Below, piece after piece: positions 27,426-37,149 of a stretch of DNA of 64,000 bases. Both the position numbers and the translations under genes were made by a program. The notes under the pieces are model-generated. The model was not told the DNA's origin, searched no databases, and saw nothing but the letters and a program-made list of their open reading frames with translations. Origin of the DNA: Bacteroidales bacterium (GTDB taxonomy: Bacteria; Bacteroidota; Bacteroidia; Bacteroidales; F082); NCBI GenBank assembly GCA_045655965.1, contig JAZOQH010000015.1, positions 212 to 64,211 on the forward strand. The letters are read 5' to 3'. How positions within the stretch are numbered: position 1 is the stretch's first letter; each line of letters begins with the position of its first letter.

Positions 27426-30400
27426 GATTTGCGATGAAGCAATAAAATTATTTCCTAATAGTGTCGGTGCTTTACAATGTGAAACAATACGTTCCAATAT
27501 TTTAAGAAAAAATCTGCAATTAAAGATGTCGAGCGTGCATCTTCCAAATCATGACATCATAGTTAACATTTCTTACAGTAATTTAACAAATCCTCATTAT
27601 AGAATTTATAGACTAAGTCAAAATGAGTTGGATGAATTAGATGATAAATCAGCGATGGATATTGTAAAGACAATATTAAAGAAAAAACATATAGTTGAAA
27701 ACGAAATCGACATTCCAGAAAAGAATGATTATCAATCACATTCCATGAATATCACTCTGCCAAAGTTGGAATGCGGAATTTATTACATACTGGTTTCCAA
27801 TGATGATAAATTCTCAAATAAAATAGATAATCTACCAGCTTTTCATTCTTTCCAAGTCAGCAGACTTAGTTTTGTCACCACAAAAGAAAACAACGATTTC
27901 GTAGTCTATGTACTTGACAGAGAAAGCGGTCTGCCTGTAAAAGACGTAAATGTCAATATTTTTAAACGTTCTTACAATTATAACAAGAACAAATATGTCA
28001 ATACAACTATCAAAGATTTGACGACAGACGAAAACGGAATCGTTAAAGTCCCTAATACAAGTCAGAACGCATTTCATATCAACTTATTCAAGGACAACGA
28101 CATGCTTCTCTCAGATTCTCATTTCTATAATTATAAGAATGAAAATTCAGGAAGATTAATACAAGAAACGATATTCTTTACAGACAGAGCAATTTATCGT
28201 CCGGGACAGACTGTCTATTATAAAGGTGTGATTGTTAATAAAAATTCTGAGATAAATGAATTAGTCGTTAATGCAGAAACTGTAATTTACATTAAAGATT
28301 CAAACGGCGAAGAGATTAGTACACAAACATTTACAACAAACGAATTCGGTTCTTTCGACGGAAGTTTCGTCATCCCTGATAATTTATCTAACGGATTTTT
28401 CAAGATAAGCAATGTCACTGGTAGCATCTACGTAAAAGTTGAAGAATATAAACGTCCTACTTTTGAAATAACATTCAACGCTCCTGACAAATCATACAAA
28501 CTCAATGAAGAAGTAGAACTTAGCGGTTCAGTGAAAGCATACGCCGGATTCGGTCTCGATAATGTTAACTATAATTATACAATCGTAAGACGTGCTTATT
28601 TCCCATATCGTTTATGGTGGTTAGTCAATTATGACAACAATAAAAAACAGATTGCTTTTGGAGAAGGAACAACCGACGCAAATGGCAACTTCAATATCAA
28701 TTTCGAATTGCTTCCTGATAAGAATTTAAAAGACAGACTTCCTGTTTATGAATATCTTATAACAGTAAACGCTACCAACGCACAAGGCGAAAGCCAGACT
28801 AAAACATACACTATAAAAGCATCTGACATTGATTTGATTATTGATGTTAATAAAGATTATAAAAACGTCAGCATAGATAGTTTGAAACATATCTGCTTCA
28901 ATGTTAAAAATCTTAAAGAAAATCCTGTCGAAGCAAAAATCATCAGAAAGATTTATGAAGTTAAAGACGACAGTCAACAGACAACGGACAACAGACATTT
29001 GATATATGAAGATACCGTCAATGTCAAAGGAGAGTCTAAATTATTCCCAAATGTTAAAAAACTTATAGATAAAGGAAGATATGTCGTTGAATTGATTTCT
29101 GCCGACAATGAAAAGGCGATGACATCCATCGAATTGACAGTCATAGATTTTAAGAGCAACAAAATGCCTTATAATACAATGTGTATTTCTTACTATGACA
29201 AAGCGTCAGCACAACCTAATGACAATGTTAATTTTTATTTAGGAAGTTCTGCCAAAGATGTCAATGTTTATGTCATGATAAAAAATGGTGACGAGCTCAG
29301 ATATTACGAACGTAAGACAATAAATGATAAAGTCATAAAAATCAATTACAAAGTCAAAGAAGAAGACAGAGGAAATATTTCGTTCCAAGCATTCTTTGTT
29401 AAAGACAACACTATAAATATTGTAGAACATTATATCACAGAGCCTTACGATAACCTCGAATTAGACATAAAATTGGATGTTGTGAGAGACGACTTGCTTC
29501 CTGGCAGTGAAGAAACATGGAATCTCACCATCAAGGATTATAAGGACAAAGGCGTTGTCGCCAATCTTCTAGCAGGAATGTACGACGCTTCTTTGGATGT
29601 ATTCGCCGAAAATCATTGGTATTTCAACACAAAACCTAGCATCAAGACATCGACATCACCGCGAAGCGACGGAGGTTTCGACGATTTCTATTGCTTTACA
29701 TTTAATCAATATCCTAAGACTTACGAATTGTTTGTTTACTATTTATTGTCGGACATTGATTTGATACCTATCGCGAGATATACTTTTTCAGCACGAGATG
29801 TGATGCTGATGCCTGAGCGCACCAGAAATGCAATAGCTGCAAAAGTAGGCGGTGTAAATACAAATGAAGAAGAAGAGGCAGTTGAGTTATTTAGAGTAGC
29901 TGATGAAGATGTAACAGATAATTCTCAGCAAGAAGAAATGCAAAGTACAGAAAATCAAGAAATGAGCATAAGAGAAAACTTCAACGAGACGGCGTTCTTC
30001 TATCCTAACTTAATTACTAACGAAGATGGAAGTCTGACGTTTTCTTTCACCATGCCAGATGCCTTGACTCGCTGGAACTTGATGATGCTCGCTTATACCA
30101 AAGACTTGAAAGTCGGCACTTTGAACAAGACTTTCACCACATCGAAGCCTCTTATGATCATGAGTGATATGCCACGCTTCGTTTATGAAAACGATACTCT
30201 TTGGGTAGTAGCGAATGTGATAAAGACAACGGACAACAGTCAACAGTCAACAGATGATTGGCAAAAGACAAAAGACAAAAGACAAAAGTCGTTTGCTAAG
30301 TTAGAGATTTTCGATGCGTTGACGATGAAACCTCTTGATTTGATTCTCTCTGAACAGGAAATTGCCATCGATGAGATTGCTGCTGGAAACAGTAAATCTG

Positions 30401-32298
30401 TGAGATGGAAGGTAGCATTAAAAAATCAAATCAATACAAATTTGTTGGCTATGCGTTTCAGCGTTTCGTCAGAGGACTTCTCTGATGCAGAGCAACACAT
30501 TCTTCCTGTTTTAAGCAATGAGGTCTTCATGACAGAGACATATCCTTTGTTAATAAGAGAAAATTCTGAAAAGACATTCGACTTCGATTTCCAAAATGAG
30601 AACGAAAGAAACTATGGATTGACATTGAATGTATGCGCTAATCCTGTATGGTATGCGATACAGTCGTTGCCTTATCTTGCACAAGAAACAGGACAATATG
30701 CCGATGCTGCATTCAACATTTTCTATGCTAACAGTCTCGCCTCATATATCGCGAATAACATTCCTAACTTATTGGATTATATCAAGAAATGGGAATTAGA
30801 GACACCTGATGCATTGATGTCGGCACTTCAGAAAGATGAGAATCTGAAAGCCATCATGTTACAAGAGACACCTTGGGTAATGGAAGCGAAATCGGAGGCA
30901 GAACAAATATCAATGCTCGCCAATTTATTCGACATTAACGCATTACGCAACAAAACCGATGAGGCGTTAAAACTCATCAAAGAAAAACAAAGCGTCAACG
31001 GCGGATGGTCGTGGTTCCCTAACATGCCGGAAAGTACTTTCATAACTCAATATATATTAGGTGGATTCGGTCGTCTTTATAAGATGGATGTAATAAATTC
31101 CTTGACACCAAGTCAGCAGGAATATTCCGACATCATCACCAAAAACGCCATCGAATATTTATGCAAGGGTATAATAAAAGATTATGACTTATACAAAGAT
31201 TATAAGAACATCTCTTATTTAAACATCAATGAATTATATGCATTGAGTTTCTTCAACTTCAATGAAGATTTAAAATACAAGAACGCCAAAGACTTCTTTA
31301 TCAATCAATTGAAAGAAAACTGGCACGACTACAATTTCGGCGCGCAAGCAAAAATAGCCTTGATATTATATCGCAATGGTGATAAAAACATCGCTCAGCT
31401 GATAATGAAATCACTGAAAGAAAGAGCTAAAAAGAACGAGACTCTTGGCATGTATTGGAGTTCTAAAGTCAGTGAACATGTTGTTATTATGGAAGCATTC
31501 AAGGAAATAAATCCTGACGAGAAACTTCTTAACGACATGAAAATCTGGTTATTAAATAACAAGCGTACCAATATGTGGGAAAATGCTCAATCGACAGTAG
31601 ATGCGATTTATGCTTTGGTTTTTGATAAGACTACAAGACCACAAGACTACAAGACCACAAGTGTGGAGGTGATGAGACATGGCAATACAGGATTAGCTAT
31701 TGATATTAAAAATGATAATAATTCTTCTGATTTTATGAATCAATATTACTGGGATTCCGAGTCGATGAAAGACATTAAAGATATCAAAATCAATAATGAA
31801 TCCAACAATCTCATTTGGGGCGGTTTATTCCGTCAGTATTTTGTCTCTCTCGATGAGGTAAGAAAACACGAATCGCCATTGAATGTAGAGAGAAATATAT
31901 ATGTCGAGCGAATCAATGAAGAAGGCACTTATCTTGTTCCTATTGAAAACGAAGACATTAAAGTCGGAGACAAGATTGTAGTAAATCTGAATATTGAAAG
32001 TTCCCAAGATATGGAGTTCGTCTTTTTGAAAGACATGAGAGCAGCTTGCCTCGAGCCAGTCGAACAAATGTCAAGATACAGATATCAAGACGGAATGTTA
32101 TATTATCAAAGCAACAGCGACACCTTCATGGGATTCTATTTCGACAGACTACCGAAAGGCAAACATCAGGTAAGTTATTCGATGTTCGTGACAAAAGAAG
32201 GCGACTTCAGCAATGGATACGCTTTGATACAATGCATGTACTCACCTGAGTTCTCGGCATATTCAGAAGGAATGAGAATTAAAGTGATTAGTTTATAG
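27370..32298 (+). CDS. alpha-2-macroglobulin family protein, main body (frame B; no independent start evident)
   Basis: 1642-aa ORF with repeated MG/Ig-like domains (…FTDRAIYRPGQTVYYKG…, …EEYKRPTFE…), NFNETAFFYPNL, an alpha-helical TED-like region and a C-terminal domain (FLKDMRAACLEPVEQ…). Where a CxEQ thioester would normally sit I see LAQETGQYAD, so it may lack a thioester. Confidence 0.8.
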   Translation: MIDNSQQNVESKNLDVVLEICDEAIKLFPNSVGALQCETIRSNILRKNLQLKMSSVHLPNHDIIVNISYSNLTNPHYRIYRLSQNELDELDDKSAMDIVKTILKKKHIVENEIDIPEKNDYQSHSMNITLPKLECGIYYILVSNDDKFSNKIDNLPAFHSFQVSRLSFVTTKENNDFVVYVLDRESGLPVKDVNVNIFKRSYNYNKNKYVNTTIKDLTTDENGIVKVPNTSQNAFHINLFKDNDMLLSDSHFYNYKNENSGRLIQETIFFTDRAIYRPGQTVYYKGVIVNKNSEINELVVNAETVIYIKDSNGEEISTQTFTTNEFGSFDGSFVIPDNLSNGFFKISNVTGSIYVKVEEYKRPTFEITFNAPDKSYKLNEEVELSGSVKAYAGFGLDNVNYNYTIVRRAYFPYRLWWLVNYDNNKKQIAFGEGTTDANGNFNINFELLPDKNLKDRLPVYEYLITVNATNAQGESQTKTYTIKASDIDLIIDVNKDYKNVSIDSLKHICFNVKNLKENPVEAKIIRKIYEVKDDSQQTTDNRHLIYEDTVNVKGESKLFPNVKKLIDKGRYVVELISADNEKAMTSIELTVIDFKSNKMPYNTMCISYYDKASAQPNDNVNFYLGSSAKDVNVYVMIKNGDELRYYERKTINDKVIKINYKVKEEDRGNISFQAFFVKDNTINIVEHYITEPYDNLELDIKLDVVRDDLLPGSEETWNLTIKDYKDKGVVANLLAGMYDASLDVFAENHWYFNTKPSIKTSTSPRSDGGFDDFYCFTFNQYPKTYELFVYYLLSDIDLIPIARYTFSARDVMLMPERTRNAIAAKVGGVNTNEEEEAVELFRVADEDVTDNSQQEEMQSTENQEMSIRENFNETAFFYPNLITNEDGSLTFSFTMPDALTRWNLMMLAYTKDLKVGTLNKTFTTSKPLMIMSDMPRFVYENDTLWVVANVIKTTDNSQQSTDDWQKTKDKRQKSFAKLEIFDALTMKPLDLILSEQEIAIDEIAAGNSKSVRWKVALKNQINTNLLAMRFSVSSEDFSDAEQHILPVLSNEVFMTETYPLLIRENSEKTFDFDFQNENERNYGLTLNVCANPVWYAIQSLPYLAQETGQYADAAFNIFYANSLASYIANNIPNLLDYIKKWELETPDALMSALQKDENLKAIMLQETPWVMEAKSEAEQISMLANLFDINALRNKTDEALKLIKEKQSVNGGWSWFPNMPESTFITQYILGGFGRLYKMDVINSLTPSQQEYSDIITKNAIEYLCKGIIKDYDLYKDYKNISYLNINELYALSFFNFNEDLKYKNAKDFFINQLKENWHDYNFGAQAKIALILYRNGDKNIAQLIMKSLKERAKKNETLGMYWSSKVSEHVVIMEAFKEINPDEKLLNDMKIWLLNNKRTNMWENAQSTVDAIYALVFDKTTRPQDYKTTSVEVMRHGNTGLAIDIKNDNNSSDFMNQYYWDSESMKDIKDIKINNESNNLIWGGLFRQYFVSLDEVRKHESPLNVERNIYVERINEEGTYLVPIENEDIKVGDKIVVNLNIESSQDMEFVFLKDMRAACLEPVEQMSRYRYQDGMLYYQSNSDTFMGFYFDRLPKGKHQVSYSMFVTKEGDFSNGYALIQCMYSPEFSAYSEGMRIKVISL
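27376..27390. repeat. gacaacag/tcaacag word at the alpha-2-macroglobulin frameshift site
   Basis: gacaacagtcaacag, the same word as at 28966 and 30225. Confidence 0.8.
28966..28997. repeat. 8-nt array inside the alpha-2-macroglobulin CDS
   Basis: gacgacagtcaacagacaacggacaacagaca, translated DDSQQTTDNRH. Confidence 0.85.
30225..30291. repeat. composite 8-nt plus 7-nt array inside the alpha-2-macroglobulin CDS
   Basis: gacaacggacaacagtcaacagtcaacagatgattggcaaaagacaaaagacaaaagacaaaagtcg, translated TTDNSQQSTDDWQKTKDKRQKS. Confidence 0.9.
31627..31662. repeat. 8-nt array (actacaag/accacaag x4) inside the alpha-2-macroglobulin CDS
   Basis: Translated KTTRPQDYKTTS. Confidence 0.9.
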
Positions 32299-32374
32299 TT
32301 GAGAGTGTAGAGTAGTTGAAAGTTTAAAAATTCTTTTGAGATTCTGAGGTTTTGAGATTCTGAGTTTTTAAAAG
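32299..32374. repeat. arrays between convergent genes, extending into the acyltransferase 3' end
   Basis: ttgagagtgtagagtagttgaaagttt … gagattct gaggtttt gagattct gagttttt. They encode the acyltransferase tail …KTQNLKTSESQKNF*. Confidence 0.85.
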
Positions 32375-33604
32375 TCTCTTTCTTATCGGTTCGTCATAAA
32401 GCTTAAGACAAGCGTATGCCAATGCGATGTTTGTCGCCATGACGAGCAACACGACCTGCCATGTCTCGCCGAGTGAATATAACTTATTGTCGATGAGCCA
32501 TGAGTAGAAGAGATACATCACTGGATAATGCACTATATATAAAGGATAAGAGATGTCGCCGAGGAACTTGCAAACCTTTGTTGAGAATTTGCTTGTGATG
32601 TTTCCAGCTGCGCCGAACCAAACGATGAAAGGGAAAACCAATATAATACAAGCCAGTTCGTAGATTCCGTTAAGACTTATGCTTCCAGTTTTTGTGATAT
32701 AAGGCATAGAGAATAAAACAAACATCACAATTATAGCAATCCAGAAAATGTTGTTTGTAATTATTTTAGACGCCATATTATTTTTAGACGCCACAGGGGT
32801 GACGTCTCTACATGTTGTCTTGTAGTCTTGTAGTCTTGTAGTCTTATTAAAATTCCGAGCCAACAACATACCCAATGAAAATGGAAACAACATTCTCAGG
32901 AGGCCGCCGAAGAAATTGACGGTGTCGAGAGTCCAGCCGATGCCAATCATATCGTAGCCAGAGATATCGAAGACTACGAAGGTAATCCATAGTATTCCAG
33001 TTACCCCGACCAAAGCAGCGAGTTTCTTATTGGATAATTTTCTAATGAAGAGAGCGTATAAGATATTACCGATATATTCGAAGAAAAGCGACCAGCTCGG
33101 ACCGTTGAGAGGATACATCTCGCCATTGCCGCGCACGTCGTAAGGAGCGCCTGGATAAGCAGGGATGAGAAACATAGCGAGTAAAAACGCTATCATAGTC
33201 CAATGGATAGGCATCTGAGTGCCGTCCCATCTCACGCCACCTTGGATGAGATACGTAATCAATCCGATGAGAGCGCCCATCACCACCATAGGCTGTAATC
33301 TAATCAGTCGACGCTTGAAGAAACTTCCTATCGTAAGACCTCCACTTGTAGTCTTGTCGTCATGTAGTCTTGTAGTCTTCCATCTATCATCATAAGCATA
33401 ACTGATGACAAAACCAGACAACATGAAGAAGAAATCAACGCCGAGATGACCGTGGTTGAAAGTTTCTATAGATGTTCCGCCAGCGAAGGCAAATCCTTCA
33501 AAGACGTGATACCACAACACCATGAGAGCCGCTGCTCCACGCAACCCGTCAAGAATGAGATAATGCTGTTTTGTATCTAAAGTACTATATTTCTGTGATG
33601 ACAT
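32324..33604 (-). CDS. acyltransferase family 3 (OafA-like) integral membrane protein
   Basis: 426 aa. The N-terminus LILDGLRGAAALMVLWYHV…GHLGVDFFFMLSGFVI is the Acyl_transf_3 signature, and there are about 10 TM helices. It holds two hydrophilic repeat-derived inserts. Confidence 0.85.
   Translation of the reverse strand: MSSQKYSTLDTKQHYLILDGLRGAAALMVLWYHVFEGFAFAGGTSIETFNHGHLGVDFFFMLSGFVISYAYDDRWKTTRLHDDKTTSGGLTIGSFFKRRLIRLQPMVVMGALIGLITYLIQGGVRWDGTQMPIHWTMIAFLLAMFLIPAYPGAPYDVRGNGEMYPLNGPSWSLFFEYIGNILYALFIRKLSNKKLAALVGVTGILWITFVVFDISGYDMIGIGWTLDTVNFFGGLLRMLFPFSLGMLLARNFNKTTRLQDYKTTCRDVTPVASKNNMASKIITNNIFWIAIIVMFVLFSMPYITKTGSISLNGIYELACIILVFPFIVWFGAAGNITSKFSTKVCKFLGDISYPLYIVHYPVMYLFYSWLIDNKLYSLGETWQVVLLVMATNIALAYACLKLYDEPIRKRLLKTQNLKTSESQKNF
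32767..32845. repeat. palindromic element (copy 4) plus 8-nt array inside the acyltransferase CDS
   Basis: tagacgccatattatttttagacgccacaggggtgacgtctctac followed by cttgtagt x3. Translated (minus strand) NKTTRLQDYKTTCRDVTPVASKNNMASK. Confidence 0.85.
33345..33380. repeat. 8-nt array (cttgtagt/cttgtcgt) inside the acyltransferase CDS
   Basis: Translated (minus strand) …KTTRLHDDKTTSGG…. Confidence 0.85.
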
Positions 33605-33722
33605 AAAAACTCAACATTAGTTAATTATTAACATTCATTTTTCCAAACAGTTGCAAAGATAAAAAACATTTCAATTTGAAAAAATATCACAACATATTTA
33701 TGCTCATTTTTATATATTTGCA

Positions 33723-33730
33723 TTTTAAAT
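33723..33730 (+). promoter_or_regulatory. -7 box TATATTTG upstream of the FMN-binding/4Fe-4S membrane protein gene
   Basis: Exact TAnnTTTG, 11 nt before the ATG at 33742. Confidence 0.45.
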
Positions 33731-33741
33731 CAAATCATCTT

Positions 33742-34881
33742 ATGACAAAGATTTTTAACAGAATATTAAATTACCTGATAATAATCACTATTTTATTTCT
33801 TATTGGAAAAAGTGCTTACAATCAGTATATTGAGATGCAAAAACTCTCTCAGCCGAAATATGAGTTGACATTATCTCTAGAAGATGCTAAGGCACATTTT
33901 CCTGAAGCCGACAGCATAGTAAAAGATGACATCTCATCCTATCTTGTCTTAGACGAAGGCAACGTCATCGGCAAAGTCGTCAACACCTCACCTTACAGCG
34001 ACGACATTTACGGATATAACAGCATTACTCCACTCACTATTTATATTGACAGCAACGACATAATCAAAGAAGTTGAGATATGTCCTAACAGAGAATCTCG
34101 TGGTTATTTGAATAGAGTCATCGGCAGCGGTTATCTCGATTCATGGGATGGACTCAGCATAGAAGACGCTCTTAACCACGAAGTTGACGCCGTGAGCGGA
34201 TGTACATACACCTCAACGGCTATATCAGAATCACTACAAGCCAGCATGGAGGAACTCACATCACAAGATGCCCAACGCAACTGGGACTGGAGTCTCTTTG
34301 CAAAACAAATCATCGTCATTGCCGTCACGATTCTCGCACTGATATGTTACTTCAACCCTAAGAAAAGTAAGAAACTCAGAATCATAACATTGTCACTCTC
34401 GATATTGATTTTAGGATTCTGGACCAACTCGCTTCTCTCTTTAGCGTTGTTTTACAATTGGCTGACAAACGGAATCTCACTCACGATGCAGGTTGCCGTC
34501 ATCATAATAGCAGCAGTTTCAATCATATTACCATTATTCACAAAGAAGTCGTTCTACTGCCAATATCTCTGTCCTTTCGGAGCGGTACAGGAATTCGCAG
34601 GTATGATACCAGTCAAGAAGATAACAATATCATCAAAGATATATAATGCCTTTGCGATTATCAGAAGAGTCATCTTATTAACACTCTTGGTATTGTTAGC
34701 CTCTGGAGTCGGGTTAGACTTGTCCATGACAGAGCCATTCTCCATCTTCAGTTATCAGACAATAATCTTCGAAGTGGCGCTGCTGACAGCCATCATCGTC
34801 GTGGCATCCATCTTCATCAAGAAACCATGGTGCAACTACCTCTGCCCTACAGGAACATTATTAAAATCCATAAGTCGTTAA
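33742..34881 (+). CDS. FMN-binding-domain / 4Fe-4S-binding membrane protein (NosR/NapH-like)
   Basis: FMN_bind-like VDAVSGCTYTSTAISESL, several TM helices, and two CxxCP motifs (FYCQYLCPFGAVQE, PWCNYLCPTGTLL). The ATG at 33742 sits 12 nt after a TATATTTG box, so I prefer it to the TTG at 33676. Confidence 0.75.
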   Translation: MTKIFNRILNYLIIITILFLIGKSAYNQYIEMQKLSQPKYELTLSLEDAKAHFPEADSIVKDDISSYLVLDEGNVIGKVVNTSPYSDDIYGYNSITPLTIYIDSNDIIKEVEICPNRESRGYLNRVIGSGYLDSWDGLSIEDALNHEVDAVSGCTYTSTAISESLQASMEELTSQDAQRNWDWSLFAKQIIVIAVTILALICYFNPKKSKKLRIITLSLSILILGFWTNSLLSLALFYNWLTNGISLTMQVAVIIIAAVSIILPLFTKKSFYCQYLCPFGAVQEFAGMIPVKKITISSKIYNAFAIIRRVILLTLLVLLASGVGLDLSMTEPFSIFSYQTIIFEVALLTAIIVVASIFIKKPWCNYLCPTGTLLKSISR

Positions 34882-34899
34882 ACATCTAAATTATAAACT

Positions 34900-37149
34900 A
34901 TGAAAAAAAGCATCTTACTTTTACTTTTAACATTATTCTCATTAAATCTGATTTACGCTCAAACAAACACAATTGAGCCAGAACTTCAAGAAGCATTAAA
35001 TCAAAAAGGCGATGAAATGATTAGTGTCAACATCATTTTAAAATCGCAAGCCGACGTACATAAGCTACAGCAAATCGCTGCAAAAGCCAACGACAGAAAA
35101 AGCAAGAGAGAAGTCGTTGTCAATGAGTTAAAGAGTTTTTCAAAAAGCACACAATCAGACCTCATGTCAATACTCGATGCTGAAGCAAAGAGCGGCAAGG
35201 TTGAAGACATAAGATGCCATTGGCTGGTCAACGCCATCAGCTGCAGCGCAAGCAGCGACGTCATTTATCTCATTGCCAGACATAATGACGTAGAGGTCAT
35301 CGCTTACGACGAAATGAAATATCTGTTGTGGGATGAAGAAGTCAAGGCTGCCGAACCTGCACGTGGCATGACACAAAATATCACACACGTCAAAGCCGAC
35401 GATGTATGGGATTTAGGATATACAGGAGAAGGCGTCATGGTAGCCGTCATCGACACAGGCGTCAACTTCAACCACATAGATTTGGCAGACCACTTATGGG
35501 ACGGTGGCGAGGAATATCCAAACCACGGATATAACACAATAGAGAACAGTCATGATGTGTCAGACGGCTTCGGTCACGGCACACACTGTGCAGGCGTAGT
35601 CTGCGGCGACGGGACATCAGGCACACAGACAGGCATCGCTCCTAATGCCACATTGATGTGTATCAAGGTCATGGACGACAGTGGCTACGGCAGTGCGACA
35701 AGCATCAGCGCTGGCATGGAGTTCGCCATAGAACACGGCGCCGACGTCTTGAACATGTCGTTAGGAATTCCTTTTGCATCAGCAGCAGTAAGAGAAATGT
35801 TACGCGAAGCATGTGTCAACGCATTGCAATGTGGCATAGCAGCAGCAGTAGCAGTAGGTAACGACGGACAGTTACAAATTTCATTCCCAGTGCCTAACAA
35901 CGTGAGAGTTCCTGGCGGTTGCCCTCCACCATGGATTCACCCTGACCAAGAAAGCAACGCCGGCGGATTGTCATGCTGCATTGCTGTTGGCGCTGTAGAC
36001 TTCAACAACGTGAGAGCTCCTTTCTCATCATACGGTCCTTTCACATGGCAAGAGACATCTTACGCAGATTATCCTTACGAACCAGGCATGGGTCTCATCC
36101 GTCCTGACCTCAGCGCTCCAGGCGTCGGCATCATCTCTGCCAACCCAAACAACAATAACGGACACGTCAGCATGGACGGTACCTCACAAGCAGCACCTTG
36201 CGTGGCAGGTGTGATAGCTCTTATGTTGGAAAAAAATCCAGAACTCACTCCAGCAGAGATAAGCATGATATTAGAGACAACAGCAGTGAAGATTGAAGAC
36301 AACAAAAACAACTACACCGGTTCTGGATGCATCGACGCATTGGCAGCAATACAAAGCATCGAAGGCGGTGAACCTGATGTAGAAGAATGCCTTCCAACAA
36401 CAGAAGTAAACATCATCTATGTTGACGAACATTCAATAACATTATCATGGAATTCTGTGGAAACAGCAAATAGTTACGACATACATTGCAACGACAATTT
36501 CCTCATCAACGTAACAGACACAATATTCATGGATATGATTTTAACACCTGATACAGAATATTGCTATACAATAGTAAGCGTATGTGAAGAAGGCAAATCA
36601 GAACACAGCGAAGAAGTCTGCGCTACTACATCAGGAATAGAACCATGTCCAACTCCAAAAAATCTCAACGCCACAATAGCACAAGACGTTCCTGATTACA
36701 ATCACACCTACATGGTAACATTGAGTTGGGAAGCCACTTCTTATTCAGATAAATATGAGATTTATTTAGACGGAGAATTCTTGGCAGAAACAACAAGCAC
36801 TGCATACTTAGTTGGTTTCGATGATGAAGGAAGTCACTATTTCACTGTTGTCAACGACTGCCAATACATCGACTCACCTCATTCAGAAGCATACGAATTT
36901 ACAATTATCGACGATGCGATAGAAGAATACGAAAACAACTTTGAGATATACCCAAATCCAGTCGATGATGTCTTATACATAAAATCAGACAATAACATCA
37001 AAGAAGTTAACATCTATAATATCGTTGGAATTAAGGTGGTAACTGTCAGCGGTCAGCAATCAGCAATCAGCGTTGACATGAGCGGACTCAGCTCGGGAGT
37101 TTACTTTGTTGAAGTTGACGGAAAAACCTTTAGGGTAATTAGGAATTAG
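34900..37149 (+). CDS. S8 (subtilisin-family) serine peptidase with FN3-like repeats and T9SS CTD
   Basis: Catalytic triad contexts VAVIDTGV, HGTHCAG and GTSQAAPCVAG. It has a signal peptide and the CTD IYPNPVDDVLYI…SGVYFVEVDGKTFRVIRN. Confidence 0.9.
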   Translation: MKKSILLLLLTLFSLNLIYAQTNTIEPELQEALNQKGDEMISVNIILKSQADVHKLQQIAAKANDRKSKREVVVNELKSFSKSTQSDLMSILDAEAKSGKVEDIRCHWLVNAISCSASSDVIYLIARHNDVEVIAYDEMKYLLWDEEVKAAEPARGMTQNITHVKADDVWDLGYTGEGVMVAVIDTGVNFNHIDLADHLWDGGEEYPNHGYNTIENSHDVSDGFGHGTHCAGVVCGDGTSGTQTGIAPNATLMCIKVMDDSGYGSATSISAGMEFAIEHGADVLNMSLGIPFASAAVREMLREACVNALQCGIAAAVAVGNDGQLQISFPVPNNVRVPGGCPPPWIHPDQESNAGGLSCCIAVGAVDFNNVRAPFSSYGPFTWQETSYADYPYEPGMGLIRPDLSAPGVGIISANPNNNNGHVSMDGTSQAAPCVAGVIALMLEKNPELTPAEISMILETTAVKIEDNKNNYTGSGCIDALAAIQSIEGGEPDVEECLPTTEVNIIYVDEHSITLSWNSVETANSYDIHCNDNFLINVTDTIFMDMILTPDTEYCYTIVSVCEEGKSEHSEEVCATTSGIEPCPTPKNLNATIAQDVPDYNHTYMVTLSWEATSYSDKYEIYLDGEFLAETTSTAYLVGFDDEGSHYFTVVNDCQYIDSPHSEAYEFTIIDDAIEEYENNFEIYPNPVDDVLYIKSDNNIKEVNIYNIVGIKVVTVSGQQSAISVDMSGLSSGVYFVEVDGKTFRVIRN

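Noticed and set aside
32040-32070. CLEPVEQ near the C-terminus of the alpha-2-macroglobulin ORF as a thioester (CxEQ) site.
   Set aside because: It is in the wrong place (C-terminal receptor-binding-like domain) and has the wrong spacing. The expected TED position reads LAQETGQYAD.
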